This document shows, in pieces, positions 49,662 to 61,134 of a stretch of DNA of 64,000 nt. The position numbers and the translations under genes are program-made. Numbering within the stretch: the first letter of the stretch is position 1; the number at the start of each line of letters is the position of its first letter. The DNA comes from Pristiophorus japonicus. Lineage: Eukaryota. A model generated the notes under the pieces. It was given only the letters and a program-made list of their open reading frames with translations. It was not told the DNA's origin and ran no database searches. The stretch lies in assembly GCF_044704955.1 (NCBI RefSeq), contig NC_091999.1, forward strand, positions 58,280,001 to 58,344,000, in the 5' to 3' direction.

Positions 49662-52628
49662 AACATCGAAGCATAGAAACATAGAAAATAGCTGCAGGAG
49701 TAGGCCATTCGGACCTTCGAGCCTGCACCACCATTAAATAAGATCATGGCTGAACATTAATGATTTAGACGAGGGGATTAAATGCAGTATCCCCCAATTT
49801 GCGGATGACACAAAGTTGGGTGGCAGTGTGAGATTCGAGGAGGATGCTATTAGGCTGCAGAGTGACTTGGATAGGTTAGGTGAGTGGGCAAATGCATGGC
49901 AGATGAAGTATAATGTGGATAAATGTGAGGTTATCCACTTTGGTGGTAAAAACAAAGAGACAGTCTATTATCTGAATGGTGACAGATTAGGAAAATGGAA
50001 GGTGCAACGAGACCTGGGTGTCATGGTACATCAGTCATTGAAGGTTAACATGCAGGTACAGCAGGCGGTTAAGAAAGCAAATGGCATGCTGGCCTTCATA
50101 GCGAGGGGATTTGAATACAGGGGCAGGGAGGTGTTGCTACAGTTGTACAGGGCCTCGGTGAGGCCGCACCTGGAGTATTGTGTACAGCTTTGGTCTCCTA
50201 ACTTGAGGAAGGACATTCTTGCTATTGAGGAAGTGCAGCGAAGATTCACCAGACTGATTCCCGGGATGGCGGGACTGACCTATCAAGAAAGACTGGATCA
50301 ACTGGGCTTGTATTCACTGGAGTTCAAAAGAATGAGAGGGGACCTCATAGAAACGTTTAAAATTCTGACGGGTTTAGACAGGTTAGATGCAGGAAGTATG
50401 TTCCCAATGTTGGGGAAGTCCAGAACCAGGGGTCACAGTCTGAGTATAAGGGGTAAGCCATTTAGGACCGAGATGAGGAGAAACTTCTTCACCCAGAGAG
50501 TGGTGAACCTGTGGAATTCTCTACCACAGAAAATAGTTGAGGCCAATTCACTAAATATATTCAAAAGGGAATTAAATGAAGTCCTTACTACTCGGGGGAT
50601 CAAGGGTTATGGCGAGAAAGCAGGAAGGGGGTACTGAAGTTTCATGTTCAGCCATGAACTCATTGAATGGCGGTGCAGGCTAGAAGGGCTGAATGGCCTG
50701 ATCCTGCACCTATTTTCTATGTTTCTATGTTCACCTCAATACCCATTTCCTGCCTTCTCTCCATACCCCTTGCTCCCTTTAGCCATAAGGTCCATATTCA
50801 ACTCCCACCTGAATATATCTAACGAACTGGCATCAACAACTCTCTGCGGAAAAGAATTCCACAGGAGAGCAACTCTCTGAGTGAAGTAGTTTCTCCTCAT
50901 CTCGTTCCTAAATGGCTTACCCCTCAACCTTAGACTCTGACCTCTAGTTCTGAACTCCCCCAACATCGTGCACATTCTTCCGGCATTTAACCTGTCCAGT
51001 CCCGTCAGAATTTTGTATGTTTGTAGGAGATCCCCTCTCATTCTTCTAAACTCCAGCGAATAGACGCCCAGTCGATCCAGTCTCTCCTCAGATGTCAGTC
51101 CTGCCATCCCGGGCATCAGTCTGGTGAAGCTGCGCTGCACTCCCTCAATAGCAAGAACTTCCTTCCTCAGATTAGGAGACCAAAATTGAACACAATATTC
51201 CAAGAGAGGCCTCACCAAGGCCCTGTAAAGCTGCAGGAAGACTTCCCTGCTCCTATACTCAAAACCCCTAGCTGTGAACGCCCAAATGCCATTTGCCTTC
51301 TTCACCACTTGCTGCACCTGCATTTCAAGCTTCAATGACTTATGTACCATGACACGCAGGTCTTGTTGCACCTCTCCTTTACATAATCTGCCACCATTCA
51401 GATAATATTCTGGCTTCACGTTTTTGCCACCAAATTGGATAACCACACATTTATCCACATTATACTGCATCTGTGATGCATTTGCTTACTCACCTAACCT
51501 GTCCGAGTCATCCTGCAGTCTCTTAGCATCCTCCTCACAGGTCACACCACTACCCAGCTAAGTGTCATCTGCAAGCTTGGAGATATTACTCTCAATTCCT
51601 ACATCTAAATCATTGATGTATATTGTAAATATCTGGGATCCCAGCACTGACCCCTGTGGCACCCCACTAGTCACTGCCTGCAATTCTGAAAAGGACACGT
51701 TTAACCCGACTCTCTGCTTCCTGTCTGCTAACCATTTCTCTATCCACGTCAATACATTGCCCCCAATACCATGTGCTTTACTTTGCACACCAATCTCTTG
51801 TGTGGTACCTTGTCACAAGCCTTTTGAAAGTCCAAATACATCACATCCACTGGTTCTCCCTTGTCCACTCCACTAGTTGCGTCCTCAAAAATTCTAAAAG
51901 ATTCTTCAAGCATGATTTCCCTTTCCTAAATGCATGCAGACTTGGAGCGCTCCTTTCACTGATTTCCAAATGCCGCTAATTCATCTTTAACAATTGATTC
52001 CAACATTTCCCCCAGTACTTATGTCAGGCTAATTGGTCTATAATTTCCCCTTTTCTCTCTCCCTCCTTTTTTAAACAGTGGTGTTACATTAACTACCCTC
52101 CAGTCCATAGGAACTAATCCAGAGTCGATAGACTGTTGGAAAATTATCATCGACGCATCCATTATTTCTCGGGTCACTTCCGTAAGTACTCGTGGGATGC
52201 AGACTATCAGGCCCTGGGAATTTATCGGCCTTCAATCCCGTCAATTTCCCTTACACAATTTCCTGTCCAATAAGAATTTCCTTCAGTTCCTCCTTCTCGA
52301 TAGACCATCGAGAAGGAGGAACTAGTATTTCTGAAACATTATTTGTGTCTTCCTCAGTGAAGACAGAACAAAAGTATTTGTTCAATTTGTTTGCCATTTC
52401 TTTGTTTCCCATTATAAATTCACTTGATTCTGATTGAAAGAGGCCTACGTTTGTCTTCACTAATCTTTTCCTCTTTTCATATCTATAGAAGCTTTTGCAG
52501 TCAGTTTTTATGTTCCCAGAAAGCTTCCTCTCATAATCTATATTCCACGGTCCGAAATTGACCCTTACTCCTCCTCTGCTGAATTTTAAATTTCTCCCAG
52601 TCCTCAGGTTTGCTGCTTTTTCTGGCCA
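49662..52628 (-). mobile_element. CR1 (49662-49753 + 50731-52628) interrupted in its 3'UTR by an opposite-strand CR1
   Basis: atcatggctga / ttcacctcaatacc rejoin across the insert; RT ORF fragments 50736-51788. Confidence 0.9.
49754..50730 (+). mobile_element. Young 5'-truncated CR1
   Basis: Open 273-aa RT C-terminus (49816-50637) very similar to the 8768-11533 protein; tail present. Confidence 0.93.
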
Positions 52629-53484
52629 TGTCCAACAGGCACATTCCTATTTATGCTTTTGTTGATTCCAAAAGTTAGTAGAATCTCCATGAACATAACT
52701 GGGATTCACCTTTTGTTTGGTCGGCCTGGCCCAAATGGTCCCAGGGTCACATGCTAAACGCGTGCACCCCTGGGATATGTGGACGTTTATGCATGCGTAC
52801 CTGTAGAGGCCCAGGAGCACCAGTGTTCGAACTTCCGTGACCATCAGTTAGGTTCGTATTTTCTTGTCGTTCAGAGGCATTCGACCATGGGAAAGCTCTG
52901 ACCGCAAATTCAGGCCAATAATATTCGATAGAGACAGATCGATAGAAGGAGTGATGGATACAGATAGATGGAGAGATAAACAGATTTAGATAGCAACATA
53001 TAAATAAAGTTAGATAGAGAGATAGATAGATTATAGAGATACATAAATATGTAGATAATGGTAGAAGGATTCTGTGATAGAGATATTAATTGATGCATCA
53101 ACAGCAACATACATAGAAAGATGGAAATTGATGGATGGTTGGATAGATATGCATATGGTTAAACGGTACTTATAGTGATACGCGGTAAGATAAATCAACA
53201 GAAAACAAATTTATGAGTACGTAACATTGATAGATAAATGTAATCATTCGTTCTTGATGGACACATAAGCTAAGTTTGGAATGATTTTACTTCAGGCAAG
53301 TTCAATCTGCTATAATTTGTAGCCTGTTTGCTCAGTCGCAACAACTGGACAAACACTGTTGCTCCTGATGTCCGTGTCTTCAGCACATTCTCTCCGTACT
53401 TAATGTGGAAAAGCAGATGGTGAGTTCTTACACTCTAACTCAGACCCTGCTGATGTGAGCGTGTGGGTTACTGTTTCGAGCATG

Positions 53485-54044
53485 TTACACAGTGCAGCAG
53501 CACGATCGCCATTCACAGCTCTGCGACCTGAAAATGTACAGCAAGGGATTGAGGAAGGCAATGAATGAAGGGAGGGTCCAGTTGTAAAATTTACTATTGC
53601 CCCTGTAAAAAAACTGGGAATGGATTCGCTGGATCTAGCAAATCCTTAATCTCAAAATACAATCAAAATACAGTTCAAGGATGTGATAAGGGTCACAGCA
53701 GAAAAGAAGCACCAAAAGTACAGGAATGTACTTCAGCACTTTCTTCTTCATCAGCTCTATAGATTCCTTCTCAGCTCCCACTTCTATCATTACTTTTGCG
53801 GTTAGGGTATAGCAGATCAACAACATCAGGATCGGAAATAATTTAATTTAAAAAAATTGCATGAAAATTTGCCACGATAATTGCATATATTTGCATTAAA
53901 CCTTATCTGCTAATTCTCATTATGAAAAGGCTATCAGGCTCAGGGCCAACACTGCCACCCAAATTGAATAGACTAGAATGAGGTAGCATCAAGGCCTTCA
54001 CCAGACATGAGACCTAATGTGGTGGACAAAATAATATATTGGTC
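53485..54044 (-). pseudogene. Class A GPCR (P2Y/LPAR-like) pseudogene, 3' half: DRY to TM7
   Basis: DQYII(fs)VHHIRSHVW*RP*CYLILVYSIWVAVLALSL...LFPILMLLICYTLTAKVM...KKKVLKYIPVLLVLLFCCDPYHIL...FIAFLNPLLYIFRSQ...CCCTV*. TM4 Trp, TM5 PxxxxxxCY, TM6 CxxPYH and TM7 NPxxY are present. Confidence 0.88.
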
Positions 54045-54046
54045 AA

Positions 54047-56558
54047 GGAGATGGGGTAGCTTTGCTGGTTAAAGAGGAGATTAAAGCAATAGTAAAGAAG
54101 GACATTAGCTTCGATGAAGCGGAATCTGTATGGGTAGAGCTGCGGAACACCAAAGGGCAGAAAACGCTAGTGGAATTTGTGTACGGACCACCAAACAGTC
54201 ATAGTGAGGTTGGGGTGGCATCAAACTGGAAATTAGGGATGCGTGCAATAAAGGTACAGCAGTTAGCATGCGTGACTTTAATTTACATATAGATTGGGCT
54301 AACCAAACTGGTAGCAATATGGTGGAGGAGGATTTCCTGGAGTGTATAAGGGATGGTTTTCTAGACCAATATGTCGAGGAACCAACCAGAGAGCTGGCCA
54401 TCCTAGATTGTGTAATGAGAGAGGATTAATTAGCAATCTTGTTCTACGAGGCCACTTGGGGAAGAGTGACCTTAATGTGATATAATTCTTCATTAAGATG
54501 GAGAGTGACACAGTTAATTCAGAGAATAAATTCCTGAAATTAAAGAATGTTAATTTCGATGGAATGAAACGTGGATTGGCTAGGATAGACTGGCGAATGA
54601 TATTTAAAGGGTTGACGGTGGATAGGCAATTGCAGACTTTTAAAGATCACATGGATGAAATTCAATAATTACACATCCCTGTCTGGCATAAAAATAAAAC
54701 GGGGAAATTGGCTCAACCGTAGCTATCAAGTGAAATTAGGGATTGTGTTAAATCCAAGGAAGAGGCATATAAACTAGCCAGAAAAGCAGCAAACCTGAGC
54801 ACTGGGAGAAATTTAGAATTCAGCAGAGGAGGACAAAGGATTTAATTAGGAGGGGGCAACTAGAGTATGAGAGGAAGCTTGCCGAGAACATGAAAACTGA
54901 CTGCAAAGCTTCGATAGATATGTAAAGAGAAAAAAATTAGTTAGGACAAATATAGTTCCCTTGCAGTCAGAATCAGGTGTTAGGGAAATTGATGGGATTG
55001 ACGGCCGATAAAACACCAGGGACTGATATTCTGCATCCCTGAGTATTTAAGGAAGTTGCCCTAGAAATAATGGATGAATTGGTGTTCATTTTCCAACATT
55101 CTATATATTCTAGATCAGTTCCTATGGATTGGAGGATAGCTAATGTAACCCCACGTTTTAAAAAAGGTGGGAGAGAGAATACAGGGAATTATAGACCAGT
55201 TAGCCTGACATCGGTAGTGGGAAAAATGTTGAAATCCATCATTGAAGATGTAATAGCAGCGCATTTGGAAAGCAGTGACAGGATCGGTCCAAGTCAGCAT
55301 GGATTAATGAAAGGGAAATCAGGTTTGCAAAATCGTCTAGAAGTTTTTTAGGATGTAACCAGTAGCGTGGACAAGGGAGAACCAGTGGTTGTGGTGTATT
55401 TGGACTTTCAAACGGTTTTTGGCCAGGTCCCACATCAGAGATTAGTGTGTAAAAATTAAAGCACATGGTATTGGGGGTAATGTATTGCCGTAGATAGAGA
55501 ATTGATTGGCAGACAGGAAGCAAAGAGTAGGAATAAACGGTTCCTTTTCAGAATTGCAGACAGTGACGAGTGCTGGGACCTCAGCTAGTTACGATATACA
55601 TTAATGATTTAGACGAAGGAATTGAAAATAATATTTCCAAGTTTGCAGATGACACTAAGTTGGATGGCAGTGTGAACTGTGAGGAGGATGGTAACAGGCT
55701 GCAGGGTGACTTGGACAGGTTAGGTGAGTGGGCAAATGCATGGCATATGCAGTATAATATAGATAAATGTGAGGTTATCCACTTTGGTGACAAAAACAGG
55801 GAAGCAAAATATTATCTGAATGGTGACAAATAAGAAAAATGGAGGTGCAACGACACCTGGGTGTCATGGTACATCAGTTATTGAAAGTTGGCATGAAGGT
55901 TCAGCAAGCGGTGAATGGCATGTTGGCCTTCATAGCGAAAGTTATTGAATATAGGAGCAGTGAGGTCTTACTGAAGTTGTACAAGGCCTTGGTGAGGCCA
56001 CACCTTGATATTTGTGTAGAGTTTTTGTCTCCTTACCTGAGGAAGGACATTCTTGCTATTGAGGGAGTGCAGCGACGGTTCAAAAGACAGATTCGCGGGA
56101 TGGCAGAACTGACATATGAAGAAAGACTGGATCGACTAGGCATATATTCACTGGAATTTAGAAGAATGAGAGGGGATCTCATAGAAACATGCTAAATTCT
56201 GATGGGATTGGATAGGTTAGTTGCAAGAAGTATGGTCCCGATCTTGTGGAAGTCCAGCACCATGAGTCTAAGGATAAGGGGTAAGCCAATTAGGACCGAG
56301 ATGAGGAGAAACGTCTTCACTCAGAGAAATGTGAACCTGTGGAATTCTCTACCACAGAAAGTTGTTGAGGCCAGTTGGTTAGACATATTCAAAAGGGACT
56401 TAGATGAGGCACTTGCAGCTAAAGGGATCAAGGGGTATGGAGAGAAAGCAGGAATGGGGTAATGAAGTTGCATGATCAGCCATGATCATATTGAATGGTG
56501 GTGCAGGCTCGAAGGGCCGAATGACCTACTTTTGCACCTATTTTCTATGTTTCTATGT
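54047..56558 (+). mobile_element. 5'-truncated CR1 inserted in the GPCR pseudogene
   Basis: Degenerate APE-RT fragments and tail; flanks rejoin as GCT ATT GAC (A-I-D) on the minus strand with a 2-nt AA overlap. Confidence 0.92.
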
Positions 56559-56935
56559 AATAGCAATGCAGGTCATGAAAAGTGCGTTGCCATAAAGATT
56601 GATTAGACGCAAGAGGGCACTGACATCACGGAATTACTCCATAATCTGCTTCCAAGGATAAATTGAATAAGAGAAAGTATAGAGACCAGGATAATCAAGA
56701 AGTCGGTGATCATTAAATCCAGAAGGAGGACATCACTTGCTTGTGAGACCTTCTTCATTCGTACGATATGCCACAGTGCACTTGAGGTCCCGGTAATGCC
56801 CGATACAAGCACTAATACAAGGAAACAGGGAAGGACGATGGTTTTGTTCTGTGCCACTTCGTCATAGGCGTTGTCCATCGAGGGCCCAGTCTGATTGGAT
56901 GAGTTGATCTCCGACCCTGATCTGTTGACTTGCGT
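56559..56935 (-). pseudogene. Class A GPCR pseudogene, 5' half: N-terminus to TM3
   Basis: N-glycosylation-rich N-terminus (NRS, NSS, NQT, NKT), TM1 VLPCFLVLVLVSGITGT, TM2 LLLDLMITDFL, then (fs) LINLYGNALFMTCIAI, close to the P2Y-family NLYGSILFLTCISxDRY. Confidence 0.88.
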
Positions 56936-57134
56936 TCCAACTCTCAAAACTAACCATTTGATGTTGTGGCAAATAATAAAGAGCAACCGATCAAAATATG
57001 GGGTAAATTAAAGATATATTCTCCAAAAACAGTTGATACTGCAATGTAAGGTTATTTGTTGTTGAAGTTATCAGTTGCTTCTCCACCATGTTAATCCGAT
57101 CTCACTGGGTTTGACTGGTTGAAGTTACCTCCTT

Positions 57135-58377
57135 TTTGAGAAATTAACCAGGTGGGTCGATGAGAGCCAAACATATGAAGTAGTGAATATGGATTTTCGC
57201 TAGGCTTTTGATAAGGTCTCACATGGCAAACTGATCACAAAAGTAAAAACTCTTGCGATACAGGGCAAAGTGGCAAGTTGGACCAAAAATTGGCTCAGAG
57301 GCAGGAAGCAATGGGTAACGGTTGATGGGTGTTTTTGTGGCTGGAAGGATCTTTCCAGTGGGGTTCCACAGGGCTCAGTACTCGATCTCAACGTTTTGTG
57401 ATATACATCAATGATCTAGACTTGAATATGGGGGTATGATTGAGAAGTTTGCAGATGATACTAAAACTGGCTATATGGTTGGTAATGAAGAGGGAAGTTG
57501 CGTAATGCAGGAAGATATCAATCAACTGGTCAGTGGGGCAGAATAGTGCAAATTTGTATTGAATCCAGAGAACTGTGAGGTAATGCATTTGAGGATGGCT
57601 ATCAAGGAACGGAAATACACTTTAAATGGTTGGAAACTGAGAAGTGTAGACGAACAAAGAGACTTTGGATGTCCAAAGTGCATGTCCACAGATCCCTGAA
57701 GGTAATAGACCAGGTAGATAAGCTGGTTAAGAAGGCTTACGGAATGTTTGCCTTTATTTGGCAAAGCAAAGCATACAAGAAAGGTGGTTTATGTTTGAAC
57801 TGTATAAAATACTGGTTAGGCCACAGCTGTAGTAGTGAGTGCAGTCCTGGTCACCACATTACAGGAAGGACGTGATTGCACTCGAAAGGGTATAGAGGCG
57901 ATTTAGGAGGATATTGGTAGCAGTGGAGAATATTAGCTGTGAGTACAGATTGGATTGGCTAAATTTGTTTTCCTAGGAACAGACGAGGCTGAGCGGAGAA
58001 CTGATTGAGGTGTATTCAATTATGAGGGGCCAAGATAGAATAGATAGAAAGGGTCTATTTCCCATAGCAGAGGGGTCGACTTACAGCGGGCATAAATTTA
58101 AAGTAATTGGTAGAAGGTTTAGAGGGCATTTGAGGGGAATTTCTTAATGCAGAGCGTTTCGGAGGTCTGGAACTCACTGGCTGAAAGTGTGGTATAGGGC
58201 GTAACCCTCACCACATTTACAAAGTACTTGAATGTGCAGTTGAAGTATCGTAACCTGCAGGGTTACGGACCAAGGATGGGAAGTGGGATTTGGCTGGTTT
58301 GCCTCTGATTGACTGGCATAGTCACGATGGGAGGAAATGGCCTCCTTCCGTGCTGTAAACTTTTGTGATTCTATGAT
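57135..58377 (+). mobile_element. Old CR1-clade 3' fragment
   Basis: Degenerate [20 protein letters not shown]; (TTCTATGA)-type tail. Confidence 0.85.
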
Positions 58378-58539
58378 GTTCCTCTCTGAAATCTTTGGAA
58401 ACCAGTAGATACAAGAGATCCCTGAGGTTCCAGCATGCATAATTTCACACATCAAGGAGGAAATTGCATCCTGTAAATGGACGGATATGATTAAAGTTAT
58501 TGAAATACTGAAAATAATGTCATCCTATACGTGAGAAAG

Positions 58540-59255
58540 CGAGATATCTGTGCACTGACTAATATCTAAGTCCCACTCCCTCCCGATGTTAACTGTATAT
58601 TTACAGATGTCTCGATGACCCCCACCTCTCTCGCAGGAAAACATATTTACATTGACTGGTGTCTCCCAGTCTCTTTCACTCAAGAAATGTGTGTACACTG
58701 CTGGTATCTCTCAGTCCCTTCCCAACTCAGGGAGATTTCTATAGACTGGCTGGTGTCCCTCAGTCCCTGCTCGCACAAGAGATATCTGTGCAGTGCCTGG
58801 CATCTCAGTCTCCTCTCCCTGAGAGAGATAGCTCTACACTGGCTAGTGTCTCTCCATCCCTGTCAAGCATGGAGGTATCAATATATCGACTGTTGTCCTC
58901 ATTCCCCTATCCCTCATGGCTATAACTGCATACTCAAGAGATATCTGGACACTGACGGGTGTCTCTCTGTCTGATGTCCTGAGGAGCTATCTGTACAATG
59001 GACGGTTTATCTCTGTCCCTCTCCTTCATGGAGATATCAGAATATTGACTGATGTCCCTCAGTTCCACTCCACAGGGAGATATCTGTACATTGACTGATT
59101 TCTCTCACTCCCTCTCCTTCAGGGGGAGATCTCGACATTGATTGGTTTCCATATGACTTCCTTCCTCAGGGACATATCAGTACATCGACTGGTGTCTCAG
59201 TCTGAAACCCTCATGGTAATATCTGCACGGTGACGGGTGCCTCTTAGTCCCTGTT
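58540..59255. repeat. Degenerate ~45-bp minisatellite running into an N gap
   Basis: Unit approximately agggagatatctgtacactgactggtgtctctcagtccctctcctc. Confidence 0.8.
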
Positions 59256-59617
59256 NNNNNNNNNNNNNNNNNNNNNNNNNNNNNNNNNNNNNNNNNNNNN
59301 NNNNNNNNNNNNNNNNNNNNNNNNNNNNNNNNNNNNNNNNNNNNNNNNNNNNNNNNNNNNNNNNNNNNNNNNNNNNNNNNNNNNNNNNNNNNNNNNNNNN
59401 NNNNNNNNNNNNNNNNNNNNNNNNNNNNNNNNNNNNNNNNNNNNNNNNNNNNNNNNNNNNNNNNNNNNNNNNNNNNNNNNNNNNNNNNNNNNNNNNNNNN
59501 NNNNNNNNNNNNNNNNNNNNNNNNNNNNNNNNNNNNNNNNNNNNNNNNNNNNNNNNNNNNNNNNNNNNNNNNNNNNNNNNNNNNNNNNNNNNNNNNNNNN
59601 NNNNNNNNNNNNNNNNN

Positions 59618-60030
59618 GATTGAGTAGACTTCTCCTATATCCTCTTGAGTTACGAAGAATAAAATGTCATATAAAAACTACAACATTCATCCAGGGCTTT
59701 CCGGGGTAGACGCAGGGAAGATCTGGCAGGAGAGTCTAGAACTAGGCTTTCACTATCTCAGGATAAACCAGGACTTAGATGAAAAGAAATGTCTTCACAG
59801 AGGGGGGTGATTCTTTGGAATTCTCTGCTCAAGAGGGCAGTGGAGGCATACTCGTTCAGTATATTCAATGCACATGTCGATAGATTGTCGGATAATAAGT
59901 GAATCAAGGGATTCTTGATAGTGCTGGAAAGTGCAGTTGAGGTACAAGATCAGCCATTACCTTACTGAAGGGCGGAGAGACTCGCAGGGCCAAATGGCCT
60001 CTTGCTGCTCCGATTTTTTATGTTATTATG
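59618..60030 (+). mobile_element. Old CR1 3' fragment
   Basis: ORF2 C-terminus remnant, 3'UTR and ttatgttattatg tail. Confidence 0.75.
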
Positions 60031-60941
60031 TATCCCTGCATTGTGCCTCACTGATTTTCATTTGAATATAATTTCTGATGTGACTCGTAATGTACATCCA
60101 CGGTTTTAAGGACTGTTGCGATAGTGTCCACTTGATCCTGAGACATAGCATCACATCCAGCAACAAGGAAAGGAGATGAAGGTCGGTCTGATTCAGACTG
60201 GATGAGCAAGTTGTTTACATTCTTTAATTACAGTGTGCCAAATGTACATTTATCAAGTGTCAATACACCCTGCTGTTTCCATCTCCTGACCCTCGCCCCT
60301 CTCCTGCATTATGTTATTGCAGACTCTGGTCACCAGTCCCACCATGCAGTGCATTACATGTCAGTACAAAATGAGATTTCCATAACTTGATTTTGAAATT
60401 GTAACTTTTCCACACACACAACTCGAACTGCAAACAGCGCTCATTTTCTCTTCAAGGACATTCTTTTCATTAATATGTTGCTTTCAACATGATATTTACC
60501 TATCTCCCGAGCTATCTGTGTGCCCTATCAATATCTATCTTTCAGTCTGTCTATATATCTATAGATTCTTCTAGCCCTCTTTGTCTATCTGTCTAACTAT
60601 CTATCTGTTAGTCAGTCTGTCAGTCTGTCTATCAGTCTGTCTGTCGGTATGTCTGTCTATCTATCTATGTATGTATCAGTCGATCTATGTAACTATCAAT
60701 CTATTTGGCTGTCTGTCTATCTTTCTATCTGCCTAGCTGGCAGATTATCCCTCTCTNNNNNNNNNNNNNNNNNNNNNNNNNNNNNNNNNNNNNNNNNNNN
60801 NNNNNNNNNNNNNNNNNNNNNNNNNNNNNNNNNNNNNNNNNNNNNNNNNNNNNNNNNNNNNNNNNNNNNNNNNNNNNNNNNNNNNNNNNNNNNNNNNNNN
60901 NNNNNNATCTCTTTTTCAATATCTTTATTCGTTTATAATTG

Positions 60942-61019
60942 TAGCGCCCCCTACTGCTTTCTTAATTTTTTAACGCATGGAATAGTATGTTCTTTAATAA
61001 TTGTTGCGCCCCCTGCCTC
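60942..61019 (-). promoter_or_regulatory. Two tandem CTCF-like motifs
   Basis: TAGCGCCCCCTACTGC (60942-60957) and TTGCGCCCCCTGCCTC (61004-61019) resemble the reverse complement of the CTCF core CCASYAGRKGGCRS. Confidence 0.45.
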
Positions 61020-61134
61020 CCTCTGACTGATTTGCCGCAAGACAAACGACGCTCTGTAGACATTTAGCAACGCCCACTGCCATATGACAGATTTACTGCA
61101 AGAGAACGGACACTCTACAAACAAAGATACGAGC

